From positions 14,106,270 through 14,145,292 of the forward strand of contig NC_069005.1 in the NCBI RefSeq assembly GCF_001194135.2: a stretch of 39,023 nucleotides of DNA, in the 5' to 3' direction. The DNA comes from Octopus bimaculoides (Eukaryota). Below the pieces are notes generated by a model. The model was not told where the DNA came from. It did not search any database and was given only the letters and a program-made list of their open reading frames with translations. Every line of letters begins with the position of its first letter. Position 1 is the first letter of the stretch. A program made the translations under genes and the position numbers. Shown here piece after piece: positions 1 through 10,620 of the stretch.

Positions 1-15
1 TATATATATATATAT

Positions 16-311
16 GGGCACTCCATCAGTTACAGTGATGAGGGTTCCAGTTTGACCAATCAGCGCAACAGCCTGCTTGTGAAACAAGTGGCTGAGCATT
101 CCACAGACATGTGTACCCCTAACGTAATTCTCAGGGAGATTCAGTGTGACATGGTTGGACCTTTGAACTGCAGGTACAACTCATTTTTGCCAGCTGAGTG
201 GACTGGAGCAACGTGAAATAAACCTCAAGGACACAACACATCACTGGGAATTGAACTCACAACCTTAGGATTGTGAGCTGAATACCCTAACCATTAAGCC
301 ACGCACCTTCA
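16..311 (-). mobile_element. tRNA-derived SINE (family D, my label), near full length
   Basis: Minus strand starts GTGAAGGTGCGTGGCTTAATGGTTAGGG (A-box-like) ... GAGTTCAATTCCC (B-box-like), followed by a body (..CACGTTGCTCCAGTCCACTCAGCTGGC..), and ends at a (TA)n tract. A related head remnant lies near 29750-29820. Confidence 0.75.
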
Positions 312-479
312 CACACACACACAAAATAGTCAAACAAAAGACAACACAATGCAATATTAGAGATTGATCTCATGGCTATGTGGGCAAAAATTTATTACTC
401 TAAGCATTGGAACTATTTCTTATCATGTAGCACAGCCTTAGGTGCTGGTTCCTGAAGTTGTACTTAGAGATTAAAATGC

Positions 480-672
480 TTAACTTTAGCATTTAAACCA
501 GCCAGATCTGGCTCAAATGCACTATGTTCAAACACCAACCCTACAATATTAATTCTAAAAATAAAGTCACCTCATCAAAATCTCAATGCATTGAGATAAA
601 TCATTGTTAATTCAAAATAGTATGAATAGATAGGCATTACATTTGACAGTAATTTGAATGCTAAAGGGTTAA
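480..672. mobile_element. TTAA-flanked MITE (piggyBac-like, family M1)
   Basis: Ends TTAA-CTTTAGCATT... and ...AATGCTAAAGGG-TTAA; interior resembles 13989-14212 and 33575-33798. Confidence 0.7.
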
Positions 673-1069
673 AGCAAATCAGTAATGACTATTTACCTAC
701 TAAAATAAACACCCTTGTTAATGTTCAATAAAATTATTCTCTAGCAGTAAGTACATAAATTGCTTGACAAACTAGACAACAAAACTTTGGTTTGTAGCAT
801 GACTGGAGCTACAAAATTCTTTTGCAATTAAATAAACAGCTTGTAGTTTAGATAAATTAAAACAAAAGTAGTATTGAATGAAGATTAAAACACCAGAAAA
901 ATTTATCTTCATAGTTCAGGATATTTCTTTAAAATAAAAAAAAATCACTATCATTTCTCAAATAAAACTAAACATGAATTAAAAGCTTGTTGTTTGTAAG
1001 TTTTCTATAAATAACTTATGAGTAGTGTTCTGATGTGTATGTATATGTATGCGCGCACACACACACATG

Positions 1070-1462
1070 CCATCATTGTCATTTAGCGCACACTTTCCAA
1101 CCCATGTTTACATGGGTCAAATTGAATTTGTTGAGGCAGATTTTTATAGCTGAATGCCATTCCTGGTTGCCAAACTTGTTTCCAAGTGAGGTAATATTTC
1201 CTCATGGCTAGGCTTGTTTTTCTCAGAACATTGGATAGAAATAGCATGCACATTTACAACTGTCACGTGATGTCAAAACAAGCACACACACACACACGCG
1301 CGCAATGAGCTTCTTTCTGTTTCTGTTGATCAAATCCATTTGCAAGGCTTTGGTTGACCCAAGGGTGTTTTTAGAAGACACTTGCCCAAAGTGCCATGTA
1401 GTGGGATTGAACCCAGAACCACATGGTTGAAGCTTCTCAACCGCACAGCCATGCTTGTGCCT
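1070..1462 (-). mobile_element. tRNA-headed SINE with RTE-like 3' tail (family C)
   Basis: Minus head AGGCACAAGCATGGCTGTGCGG...GGGTTCAATCCCACT, central (TG)n tract, and a tail ending ..CATG..GGAAAG..(GAT)n-like. Confidence 0.75.
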
Positions 1463-1489
1463 ATGTCACAACTGCATCAACAACAGATC

Positions 1490-1830
1490 TTGCTGTGTGG
1501 TGAGAAGTTTGCTTTCCAATAATAAGATTTTGGGTTCAGTCCCACTACATGACACTTTGGACAAGTATCTTACCAAAGCCTTGTGAGTGGATTTTGAAGA
1601 TGGAAACTGAAAGAAGCCCATCACATGTACGCGTGTGTATTTGTGTTACACTCTTGTTGCCTTGATTTCACATGACGGTTGTAAGCAAGTATCACTGTCA
1701 TACAAGTGGAGTTCTTTGTGACCAATCTTTCATGAAAATGGGTGAGGGTTGGTGACAGTAAGGGCTTCCAACCTCAGAGAATCCATCCAACTCATGCTAG
1801 CATGGAAAAGTAAATGACAAAATGATGATA
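1490..1830 (+). mobile_element. tRNA-headed SINE with RTE-like 3' tail (family C)
   Basis: Head GCTGTGTGGTGAGAAG...GGGTTCAGTCCCAC; tail CATGCTAGCATGGAAAAG...ATGATGA. Confidence 0.75.
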
Positions 1831-2916
1831 TATAAACCTAGAGCCTGTATCAACTTTAAATGATACTTTTATACATATCTCTATTTTAATTGTAAAACTT
1901 AAATCCTGTTTTAAGCTTAGTTTGGATAAAATTAATGGAAATTCATAAAATATTGTCTAAAATCTTCAAAATCCTTAAATTTGTTGGGGTTGTGTAGCAT
2001 TTCTCAGGTTTCTTTTTAGAATAAAGTTTTTAAAATAAAATGTCCTACAGTATTTGTTTTGGTTCTCTACATTCTGAGTTCAAATCCCAAAAGGTCAGCT
2101 AAGCTTTATATCTTACTCAGGTTGGTATAATAATTACCAGTCAAGCACACATACTCTCAGTATTAATAGTTTCCCAACAAGCACTGTTTAACCACACATA
2201 AACCCATGTTTTGCTCAATCATTTTCATGTGGAAATATATATTTTTTCTGTGGACAATTAAGTATCATTTGAAAGTTCTGGATGTGAACTTTACATACTT
2301 TTGTTCAAAATCCGATACATATGCCAGGCTCCTTCAATCTTCCTCATATTTCCACCTATTCACAACATTTGTCCTGTTTTTGTTTTTGACTGCTGAATGG
2401 TAGCACTTGTTCTAGTTCACTGCACTTCAGCATTATAACTCGATTTGTGTTGAAAATGATACAGTTATGAAGAAGACTTCTTTTGCTTTATTTTGATGTA
2501 AAAATCGATTGGGGTAGGTCAGATAATCATTATGAAAAGAACATATTTACTTCAAGATTTTTAACCATAAGAAAGCAAAATCTTTCGTGAATTGGGTATG
2601 GCCATTCATGAATTTCGCCACGTTATGGTGCAAAAGCGCTCAGTCAATAAAAAAAGAGAATATCACTGATGCTACCTATGAAAATGACATGTTCCCATGT
2701 AGTGAAAGCTGAGATGGAACCTGAATCCAAGGTTTCAAATATCAAGTTTGAACCAGAATTTCAAGAAATGGATGAACTAATTGCTTTGTAAATGTATATT
2801 TCTACAAAAAAAAAATTCCACTAAATTGAGCTGCATAAGTATTCTAGAGCCCAAAATTAGTATTGGATCATTGTATTGAGTTCCTCTCGCTGGTTTAACA
2901 ATGTGTGGAGAGCAAA

Positions 2917-3025
2917 GTCTAAATAAATTTGTACTTTTACATTTCATCACGATATCTGAACTATCCCCTTCAATTTTTATGTTACATAATCATTATGAAA
3001 TATAAAAGTACAAATTTATTTGGAC
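2917..3025. repeat. 31-bp inverted repeat (29/31) with 47-nt spacer
   Basis: 2917-2947 GTCTAAATAAATTTGTACTTTTACATTTCAT vs the reverse complement of 2995-3025. Confidence 0.85.
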
Positions 3026-3894
3026 CAAAGGTGGGTGGTCTATTACTGGGATTTAATCAAGAAAGTTTTTTTTTTTTGTAATTTAAATTTCTTGTGCCCC
3101 CACCTCACCAAATGCATTCGCGTGTGTGTGAGTATGAAAAACATTTACATAAATTATCTTTTACATGCCTTTTAAAATCACTGGATAAATCCCAGCAATA
3201 ACCTTTTCGGACTCTCTAATATTTTACAATTATAAGCAAACGGGGAGGGGGTGAAAAAAATCATAAATTAAAAAGACTTTTTTCTTTTTAATTGTATACT
3301 TTTCTTTTAGTAAGTGTCTTTTCTCACACACACTTTGTGCCAGGTGAGGGAGCAAGGGTGGTTATGGGATGTGCTAGGTATGCCGGCTGAATCTCCCTTA
3401 AATCACACCTTTCATCTGAAAAATAACCCCCCCCCCTCCATCAATTTTCAAAGGCATGGTAGAAAAATAAATTGAAAAAAATCTCCATCAAAATGGTGAA
3501 AATCCAACACTTTGTTACATGCAACAAAATAGGCTTTATATAAATGCTTAAAAAATTATTATTCATTTGGACCTAATTAGGCAAGATTTCGACCAATTTA
3601 GATATTTTCAAAAATTCATAGTGATACCTATTAATAGTATACTTACACTAATACATGACCAATTGTAAGGATATTGCATTTTATTACACTAATATCCCTG
3701 TTCTTATGATTGTTATTTTTAATATTATAGGAAATGTTATATAAACAACAATCATCATCATATTTTTTAATAAGTTTATAATAGTTGGAAGCAGCAATAA
3801 TTTTAGTTAAGATAGTAGCTGAATATGAAAGTTTCACTGTATAATTATTAAAAATTTGGTGTTAGTGGGAAATTCTTTATATATACGTTGCATC

Positions 3895-4311
3895 TTGAAT
3901 GGCAAATTCCTTCTTCAGATATCCCTAGGAAAAAAAAGAAAAAAAACTGCATGTATAATACATAACTTTGAAGCAGCGCTAGGGATGTGCCAGCACACAT
4001 GAGTTTGAGACATGGCTGCCCTCATGCGCTTCTCATGAGGAATTCCAGATGGAGCTTTGTGAGACCACTGCAGAAATGCTTCCGGAAAAAAAAAATGTTG
4101 GAAAACCGATTATAGCAGTGACTCTACCAATTCCTAGGGATATCTGAAGAAGGAATTTTTGTATTCTGAAATATTATATCAGACTATGGATGATTAAATT
4201 ATAACAGTTATTATAGTCCATTGTTGTTATTATAATGCATTGTTGTGCCATTCAAAACACATATTTTACAAACAATACACAATGCTTCAAGCGAACTACA
4301 ATACTCTCCTA
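3895..4311 (+). mobile_element. Fold-back non-autonomous element with hammerhead-like motif (family H1; putative Penelope-like pLTR derivative)
   Basis: Perfect 28-bp IR 3904-3931/4131-4158 plus 3895-3903/4247-4255. 4097-4311 is homologous to the element at 38794-39022. Ends ...ATACTCTCCTA next to (TA)n. Confidence 0.6.
4139..4180 (+). ncRNA. Candidate minimal type-I hammerhead ribozyme
   Basis: GATAT-CTGAAGA-A-GGAAT(TTTTGT)ATTCT-GAAA-TAT-T-ATATC: 5-bp stem I, CUGANGA core, 5-bp stem II, GAAA, palindromic ATAT stem III, AUU triplet. Confidence 0.6.
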
Positions 4312-4328
4312 TTTATATATATATATAT

Positions 4329-4738
4329 NNNNNNNNNNNNNNNNNNNNNNNNNNNNNNNNNNNNNNNNNNNNNNNNNNNNNNNNNNNNNNNNNNNNNNNN
4401 NNNNNNNNNNNNNNNNNNNNNNNNNNNNNNNNNNNNNNNNNNNNNNNNNNNNNNNNNNNNNNNNNNNNNNNNNNNNNNNNNNNNNNNNNNNNNNNNNNNN
4501 NNNNNNNNNNNNNNNNNNNNNNNNNNNNNNNNNNNNNNNNNNNNNNNNNNNNNNNNNNNNNNNNNNNNNNNNNNNNNNNNNNNNNNNNNNNNNNNNNNNN
4601 NNNNNNNNNNNNNNNNNNNNNNNNNNNNNNNNNNNNNNNNNNNNNNNNNNNNNNNNNNNNNNNNNNNNNNNNNNNNNNNNNNNNNNNNNNNNNNNNNNNN
4701 NNNNNNNNNNNNNNNNNNNNNNNNNNNNNNNNNNNNNN
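4329..4738. other. Assembly gap (N run) flanked by (TA)n
   Basis: Run of n. Other gaps: 5951-5960, 6673-6803, 13531-13680, 19164-19762, 21024-21123, 38282-38688. Confidence 1.
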
Positions 4739-4775
<37 letters not shown>

Positions 4776-4904
4776 TTATGTATATGTATGTGTTAAGTAT
4801 GAGTGAAGTACTAGGGTTGGTGGTATGAACTTCTTTCCTCTTCTCAAAACTGCTGGCTTTTTACCTAAACCAGAAACTATTATCATTATTTGTTTGAGCA
4901 AAAT

Positions 4905-5080
4905 TCCTTCCTCCCTCTTTATCTTCTGAGTTCAAATTCCACTGAGATCAACTTTGCTTGAATTCATTCAGTGTTGATAGAATAAGTACCAATCAAGCCC
5001 CAGACTGAATGTAGTCAACTGGCCCTCACCCACCACCAAAAACATTATTAGCCTTATGCCTATATTAGAAACATACATTT
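4905..5080 (+). mobile_element. SINE family A, 5'-truncated
   Basis: CTGAGTTCAAATTCC B-box, GATAGAATAAGTACC central motif, tail GCCTTATGCCTATATTAGAAAC. Confidence 0.65.
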
Positions 5081-5844
5081 TCCCTGCCTGTTTTTTCAGT
5101 GTTGTTTTATACCGGTTTCATGTTCCAAAGGAGATAAAGCTTTCTGTTTTGACTTGAAGCATAACTTAAAAACAGGGGTAAAAATCCACCCACTTTCTTT
5201 TTTGTTTTCTTTTTTCACTTTTACTAGATTTGAAATTTTACTTAAGTAGGGGAAAAGAAAATGAAATTTGAATATTTATTTTAAAATTCAAATTCAAGTC
5301 CAAATTTCACTTACATTTTTCCTTTAAATTTCAGTTTGGGTAAAAGAAAGACCAATTTTATCAATTTGAAATCAATAGCAATTTAAAATAGTGGGTGGGG
5401 GTGTAGTATTTTTCTTTTTAATCCCCCCCCCCCATCCATCAATAATGGATGTGTGGATTTAATTGAAATTCCTATTTTTGACTCGAAATTTTCTCTGGGT
5501 ATCTCTGAATCCTTGGACAAGATGTTATTTTCTGCTAGCTTAAGTTCCTACAACAAAGGCTTTTCTTTTGTTTGCTTGTTTGTTTTATCTTTTTTTTTTT
5601 TTTTTATTAATTTGAGACGCATCATCCAATTTTCAGATTCATCAAACCATACTGATATGGAATGAATTAATGAAAAATACATAAGGAAAAACGAAAAAAA
5701 AAAAAAAGCACAGAACACAACACAACAACATTGTAATTATGTATCCCAGCTTTCTCTTTCCTATCTTCCCTCTTTCTGTCATGTGTAGCTTGGGCAAGCT
5801 CTAACATCAATAACAGTTACTGTGGAAGAGGTGACATCTAAAGA

Positions 5845-5847
<3 letters not shown>

Positions 5848-5897
<50 letters not shown>
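5848..5897. repeat. (AAT)n microsatellite
   Basis: Perfect AAT run. Confidence 0.98.
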
Positions 5898-5898
<1 letters not shown>

Positions 5899-7714
5899 CT
5901 AACACTTTGCTATTTTATGGTTGTGGGAGGCCTGGTTGGCAGTGGGAGGGNNNNNNNNNNAATAATAATAACCTAACACTTTGCTATTTTATGGTTGTGG
6001 GAGGCCTGGTTGGCAGTGGGAGGGGGGGGGCAGGTGTTCTATGTGTGTCAACTGCATACTGATGTTGAGTCTGGGTACAGTGAAAAATGTAGCTGTAGGT
6101 AGTAAGGAAATTGCAGTGGTAGCAGCTGCCACTGCTAGCTGGGCTGCAATTCGCTGGTAGTTTTCAACTAACTGCTCTCCTCGACACAACAATTCACTTC
6201 TCTCTCTCTCTCTCTTTCCACTAACATGGTGGTGACTTGGTGGTTATTGTTATGGTGCTGCTACTACTATTACTATTACAACGACTACTGCTATGAATCT
6301 GACAAATGTAGTTTGCTATTACTACAACTAGTCCAAGACGGATTGTTCTTTCTCTCTTTCTCACACTGTTTCTAATTCTTTCTCTCTTTTTCTATCTATA
6401 TTACTGTGGTTAGCAAGTATCACATATTCACTTTTAGTACCCCCCTCTCTCTTCTCTCTCTCCTCTCTCTTTTCCATCTCCCCCTCCCTCTCCTGCACAC
6501 ACTCATTCCTCATGTCTTATTCTCTGTCAGACTTCCTGGCTATTTCTTTGTTTCTAGTGAACAACTCTGCCTTGGTTTTCTGCTTCCACTCCAACTTTAG
6601 TCAGTGACTCTTATTTAATCTCTCTCTCTCTCCCTCTCTCTCTCTCTCTCCCTCTCTCTCTCTCCCTCTCTCNNNNNNNNNNNNNNNNNNNNNNNNNNNN
6701 NNNNNNNNNNNNNNNNNNNNNNNNNNNNNNNNNNNNNNNNNNNNNNNNNNNNNNNNNNNNNNNNNNNNNNNNNNNNNNNNNNNNNNNNNNNNNNNNNNNN
6801 NNNATTCTCGCATCATTCTCTCTCTTATTTTTTTCATCTTGTGTTTTTGGCATTTTTATTTGAAGGGAAAAAAGAAAAGCTAATGTTAGAATTTGACAAA
6901 TAATAATATATAAATAAATAAAAAGGTCAAACATTCTGGAAAATATAACAACCTGATTACATTAATGAAGCTGGCTAATTCCCACTTGTGTACAGGAAGC
7001 TCCTCGTTAATGGAATGTTTTTTTTTTTAATCAGACATATATGCATATATACACACACACATACACACCACGGCAAACTGGAATATTCAGTTCATTATTG
7101 GTGTTGTTTATGTTATGGTAGTGTAGCAGTAAGGATTTTGATGCTGTTAACTCTTTGGCTGGTTTAAATTATTGTCGTTCTAATTCTGATTTTGACTCTG
7201 GCCATACTGTAATAATTGTTGTTATGGTTGCAGGTGGTGATGCTGATCAAAGAAACATAATTTATAATCAAAAGGATTCCAGCCATAGGTATCCCATCTC
7301 TTTCCCACACACCCACCTAACCTCAGATGTAAAGATGTGATTTGTGAGAGATTTTATTACTATTTCTAGCAAGTTAGTTGTCCTCCACTCCTTTGGTTTG
7401 TGATAGCATTTCTTTGGTGTAGTAATGGTGGAATGGGTAAGCCTGTTGTTTACTATCAGTGAAACAGCTTCACTTTACTAAAGGTTTTGAAAGAAGTGAC
7501 CTGTTTGACTTGCTGAAAATATAAGGCTTTGTGAAAAAAAAAAAAAAAAGAAAAATTATTAGTCATATTCTTATTAGTAAGTCATATATTAATAGGTTCA
7601 GTTCAATTGACTGTAGACCTTTCTTGTAAAATGGGAAATTGGTTGAGCATTGGTCCTGGGACTAAATGCCAAACAGTATTTTGTTTTGCCCTGCCATGTT
7701 TATCATATTACTGT

Positions 7715-9421
7715 TAACTTTGCCCTTCATCCATCCACACTGAGATCAATAAAGTAAGTTCTAGTAGTCATCTGTCTGCTAGAGACAGCCATTCATTTGA
7801 CCACCTCCCAAAATCTGTAACCTTGTACAAATTTAAGAAATCATCATCATCATTATTATTATTGCAAGGTGGTGAGCTGGCAGAATTGTTAGTTAGCACA
7901 CTGGACAACATGCTCTGCAGTATTTTGTCCATCTTCTATGTTCTGAGTTCAAATTCTGCTGAGGTTGACTTTATCTTTCATCCTTTCGGGGTCAATAAGT
8001 ATCAGTTATGCACTGGGGTCTATGTAATTGACTAACCCCTCCCCCAGTGTTTCAGGCCTTGTGCCTATTGTAGAAAGGATTATTATTATTATAAAGGCAG
8101 TGAGCTGGTTAAATTGTTAGTGCATGAGACAAAATGTTTAGGAGCATTTCCTCCAGCTCTGTATGTTCTGAGTTCAAATACTGGTGAGGTCAAGTTCGCC
8201 TTTTATCCTTTCAGGGTTGATAAAGTAAGTACCAGTCAAGTACTGGAGCCAGTATAATTTGACTTATCCCTTGCCTCAATAGTGCCAGCTCTGTGCCAAA
8301 ATTAGTAAGAATCGTTGTTTTTGTTGTTGTTAAAGGCAGTGCTTAGGAGAGTTGATAGTTAGCATGCTGGGCAAAATGCTTAGTGGTATTTCACTTGTCT
8401 TGATGTTGAGTTCAAATTCTGCCAAGGTCAACTTTATCTTTCATCTCTTCGGGGTCATTAAAATAAGTACCATTTGAGTACTAGGTTTGATCTAATCCCC
8501 TTGCTGGCCTTGTGCCAAAATTTGAAATCATCATCATTATTATTATTATTATTATAGCCAATTAAGGTGGTGAGCTGGCAGAATCGTTAGCATGTCAGGC
8601 AAAATGCTTAGTGTTATTTTGTCTGTCTTTATGTTCTGAGTTCAAATTCCACTGTGGTCAACTTTGCCTTTCATCCATTCAAGATCAATAAGTACCAGTT
8701 AAGCACTGGAGTCAATGTAATTGATTTACCCCTCCCCCAAAATGTCAGGCCTTGTGCTTAAGTGAAAAGGATTATTATTAAAGGCAGAGATTAAGACAGT
8801 TGATAGTAAGCAAACCAAAATACCTTGTGGTATTTAGTTATATCTCTCCTAGTTCCTGAATTGAAACCTTTCTGCAATTGATTTTGGCTCTCATCCTGGA
8901 ATCAATGGTATTCACTTGCTCCCTCTCCTCAAAACTGATTGGCCGAATCGTTAAAGCATGAGAAACAAAATTTGTTCTGGCTCTTTGTTTTGAGTTCAAA
9001 TCTACAAAGTACCAGTCAAGTACTGGGGTTGATGTAATCAACTCATCCTTCTTGTCAAAATTGTCTTGGATTGGCAGAATCAGTAGAGCATTGGATAAAA
9101 TGCCTTGTACTATTTGGTTGTATATAATTCTTTACATCCTGAGTTCAAATCCTGCCAAGGTCAATTTTGCCTTTCATCCTTTCAAGACTGATAAAATAAA
9201 AGTACCAATCAAGTAATACCTCCCTTTAAAATTACTGGCTTTGTGCCTAAATCAGTAATTATTACTAATGTCTGAGTTCAGATTCTTCAAGGTCGACTGC
9301 GCTTTTCATCCTTTTGGTGCTAATGAAACAAGTACCAGCTGAGCACTGGGGTGATGTAATTGAATAGCCCTGTGTCTCCCTTCCCCTACAAATTTCAGGC
9401 CTTGTGCCTATAGTTGAAAGG

Positions 9422-9454
<33 letters not shown>

Positions 9455-9870
9455 GAGGCAGTCAGCTGGCAGAATCATTAGCATGCTGGACAAAATGCTT
9501 AGAAGCATTTCGTCTGTCTTTATGTACCGAGTTCAAAATTCCACCAAGGTTGACTTTGCCATTCAATCCTTTTTGGGGTTCATTAAATAAGTACCAGTAA
9601 AGCACTGGGGTCGGTGTAATCAACCAGCCCCAGAATTTCAGACCTTGTTCCTATGGTAGTGAGGATTGTTAAAAGGCAGTGATCTGGCAGAACCGTTGGC
9701 ATGCAAGACAAAATGCAGAGTGACATTTCTTCCAGCTCTTTACATTCTGAGTTCAAGATCAAGCATGCTTTTCTTCCTTTTGGATTTGATAAAATAGCCA
9801 CTGGGTTCTATGTAATCAACCTTCCTTTCCTCATTGCTGGCATTGTGCCAAAAGTAGATGTATTATTATC
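7715..9870 (+). mobile_element. Head-to-tail array of about 11 tRNA-derived SINE family A copies (full and partial)
   Basis: Units start near 7864, 8092, 8331, 8563, 8780, 8935, 9066, 9268, 9456 and 9671, with a partial unit at 7715. Recurrent GGYRGTGAGCTGGCAGAAT head, GAGTTCAAATTC B-box, TTTCATCCTTTCGGGGTCRATAAAATAAGTACC core (similar to Deu/Nin-type SINE central domains), and (ATT)n/(ATC)n tails. Confidence 0.85.
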
Positions 9871-10268
9871 CACAAATTTGTAAAGATGACTATCTTATAG
9901 TACTTCTAATTCAATTTTAAAAAATTTTTTATTTATTTATTTTTTTTAACTTCAAGTCCATCTGACTAGATTTTGCTTTTCTCCTATCTTATGTCAAAGA
10001 AAGATATGGATGTGAAATGAATCTCTGGATCTATGGGCAAAATTATCACTAGACTAAGAGGGAGTTTAGATTGCAAATTTATTATTATTATTATTATTTT
10101 AGTTGTTTCACTACCTTTGAACCACTAAAGTTTTCAAAAAGTGAGGAATTCACACATTGTTGATTCCTTGCAACCTTTGAATATTAATAGCTTATGTATG
10201 TGTGTGTGTGTGTGTGTACACACAAATACACACATAGATATAAAGATATATATACAAACATAAATACA

Positions 10269-10299
<31 letters not shown>

Positions 10300-10304
10300 C
10301 GCCG

Positions 10305-10353
10305 ATTCCTATGGATCGCATAAATTGTAATTCTTCGAAACATATGTCGGAAT
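10305..10353 (+). ncRNA. Degenerate hammerhead-like motif (family H3)
   Basis: ATTCC...GAAA-C-ATAT-GT-C-GGAAT-AAAA: stem I ATTCC/GGAAT, palindromic ACATATGT stem III, GUC triplet and AATAAA. The CUGANGA core is not intact. Confidence 0.35.
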
Positions 10354-10429
10354 AAAAGTATGCAGTTATAATATGCGTTTACTCCATTCTTTAAATTTAT
10401 ATATATATATATATATATATATAATTATG

Positions 10430-10619
10430 ATTGACCGTTGACTGAACACTATTCAATTTTTTTTCTCCGTGTTTTTCTCCTTGTCTCCGTATTCTTTCTG
10501 TTGAAGAGCGTAGCTCGAAACGTCAAAGACTTTCCGTATTCCCGAGCGTCATACTAATATATACTTTTGTTATTTACACCACCTGTCCTCGTCTGTTGTT
10601 ATTTTTTGTATATTCTCCC

Positions 10620-10620
<1 letters not shown>
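10430..10620 (+). mobile_element. Short CpG-rich dispersed repeat between (TA)n tracts carrying a hammerhead-like motif (family H2)
   Basis: 10517-10620 is identical by eye to the reverse complement of 20464-20567; flanked by (TA)n on both sides. Confidence 0.7.
10493..10529 (+). ncRNA. Candidate minimal type-I hammerhead ribozyme variant (A6U)
   Basis: TCTTT-CTGTTGA-A-GAGC(GTA)GCTC-GAAA-CGT-C-AAAGA: stem I TCTTT/AAAGA, stem II GAGC/GCTC, palindromic ACGT stem III, GUC triplet. Confidence 0.5.

Noticed and set aside
2400-2795. Short protein-like readings (ELGMAIHEFRHVMVQKR; EPESKVSNIKFEPEFQEMDELIAL*) suggesting a decayed DNA-transposase remnant
   Set aside because: No diagnostic motif, TIR or splice context that I can name; needs TBLASTX/Dfam.
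5887-6024. Exact 64-bp direct duplication on either side of a 10-N gap
   Set aside because: Typical unmerged contig overlap; treated as an assembly artefact.
5989-6192. Minus-strand ORF (LCRGEQLVENYQRIAAQLAVAAATTA) with a small GCAGTGG/CCACTGC hairpin
   Set aside because: No recognisable domain or convincing splice sites, and it borders simple repeats; chance is plausible.
7864-9870. Repeat array that could be read as CRISPR-like or as a tRNA gene cluster
   Set aside because: Units are ~200-bp diverged SINEs without constant repeat/unique spacer structure, and the heads do not complete a cloverleaf.
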